From Octopus sinensis (lineage: Eukaryota): a DNA stretch of 35,617 nucleotides. The translations under genes were made by a program, and so were the position numbers. Shown piece after piece: positions 34,767 through 35,617 of this stretch (position 1 is the stretch's first letter; each line of letters begins with the position of its first letter). A model generated the notes under the pieces. The model was given only the letters and a program-made list of their open reading frames with translations. It was not told the DNA's origin and made no database searches. The stretch covers positions 1 through 35,617 of the forward strand of contig NW_021835658.1 of the NCBI RefSeq assembly GCF_006345805.1, in the 5' to 3' direction.

Positions 34767-35617
34767 TTGAATTTCTGCAATAAAGTATATATATATATAT
34801 ATATTACGGTCTTCTTTCAGTTTCCGTCTACCAAGTCTATTCACAAGCCTGTAAATAATATATATTATATATATATATATTATATATATATATATATGTT
34901 TAGATACATGTATCCTACACATATATGTATATGGATGTATATATATGTGTGTGTATGTATGTATACACGTATATATATACGTGTGTGTGTGTGTGTGTGG
35001 GTGTGTGTGTGTGTGCGTGTGTAAAATATTCCGGGTGGTCAAGGAGGAAGCAAATATTAAAAAAAAATTTCCCTACGATTTTCTCTTCTCTTCTTTCTAC
35101 TCTTCTCAATTCCAAATGTTCTCACCGCTGACAAAACATTTTACATTATTATATAATGGGATATAATGGATTTTATGACGATCATACCAACTCTATCTAT
35201 CGATCACTTCAACAACCAAGCGTTTCCTGTCTGTGTATACTCGACGAATATATCAGAATTTATCATTAATTCACATTTTTATCGAAGCTTAATTCATCTT
35301 AAACTTACGTCATGTCATCCTATCTCATGCATTATCTGTAACAATTCTTATATTACAAGATCATTGTTACGTTTATAAATGTTATCTTACCACATTTGAA
35401 TTAAACAGATTCAAAATAATTTCCCCATTATGAAGAATCGCTAAGCAATCATTTTTCGTTTAACAATATATAGATTTTGTATGTCTTAAGTATCTCTCTA
35501 TTTTCTCTATTCGCTACACCTTGAAGGGCCGTGGGTGTAGAATCATCAGGCACCTCCTTCGAAAGGTAGGATATTATTCGACCATGTCGTTCTAGGTCTA
35601 CACTAATCCCACCTGTC

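Larger units (their letters stand above)
33631..34785 (+). mobile_element. 5'-truncated Penelope-like element (sister subfamily of family A) with inverted pseudo-LTR
   Basis: Has an inverted repeat at 33703-33848 / 34648-34785 and the extension accgagtaaacacataaatgtg...aatatg (33631-33702), homologous to 16072-16145. The interior aligns with the 3' UTR 18850-19440. It ends aataaag followed by (TA)n. Confidence 0.9.

Noticed and set aside
35040-35617. AT-rich complex sequence at the window end, possibly a decayed retroelement
   Set aside because: No RT, endonuclease or terminal motif could be read in any frame.

Overview
Animal non-coding DNA, AT-rich and full of microsatellites. The SINE families and repeat load suggest an octopus/cephalopod genome (inference). 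No intact host gene, rRNA, true tRNA gene or CRISPR array is supported, and almost all ORFs in the supplied track are translated simple repeats. The window is a nest of mobile elements. (1) Three Penelope-like retroelements (PLEs) from two families sit in (TA)n, each with an inverted pseudo-LTR and paired hammerhead-ribozyme motifs; one is near full length with RT and a C-terminal GIY-YIG (16072-19603). (2) A 2.2-kb retroelement with a 16-bp target-site duplication (TSD) encodes only an ORF1/gag-like CCHC protein, no RT (HAL1-like), and sits in the tRNA head of a SINE (10639-12869). (3) A hidden ~340-codon Myb/SANT-like plus CCCH-like frame reappears once two SINEs are removed (7007-8609). (4) Also present: a non-autonomous Helitron, Tc1 and DD37D transposase remnants, R4/Dong-type 3' ends in (TAA)n, many tRNA-derived SINEs and several fold-back palindromes. 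All alignments were done by eye; no searches were run.
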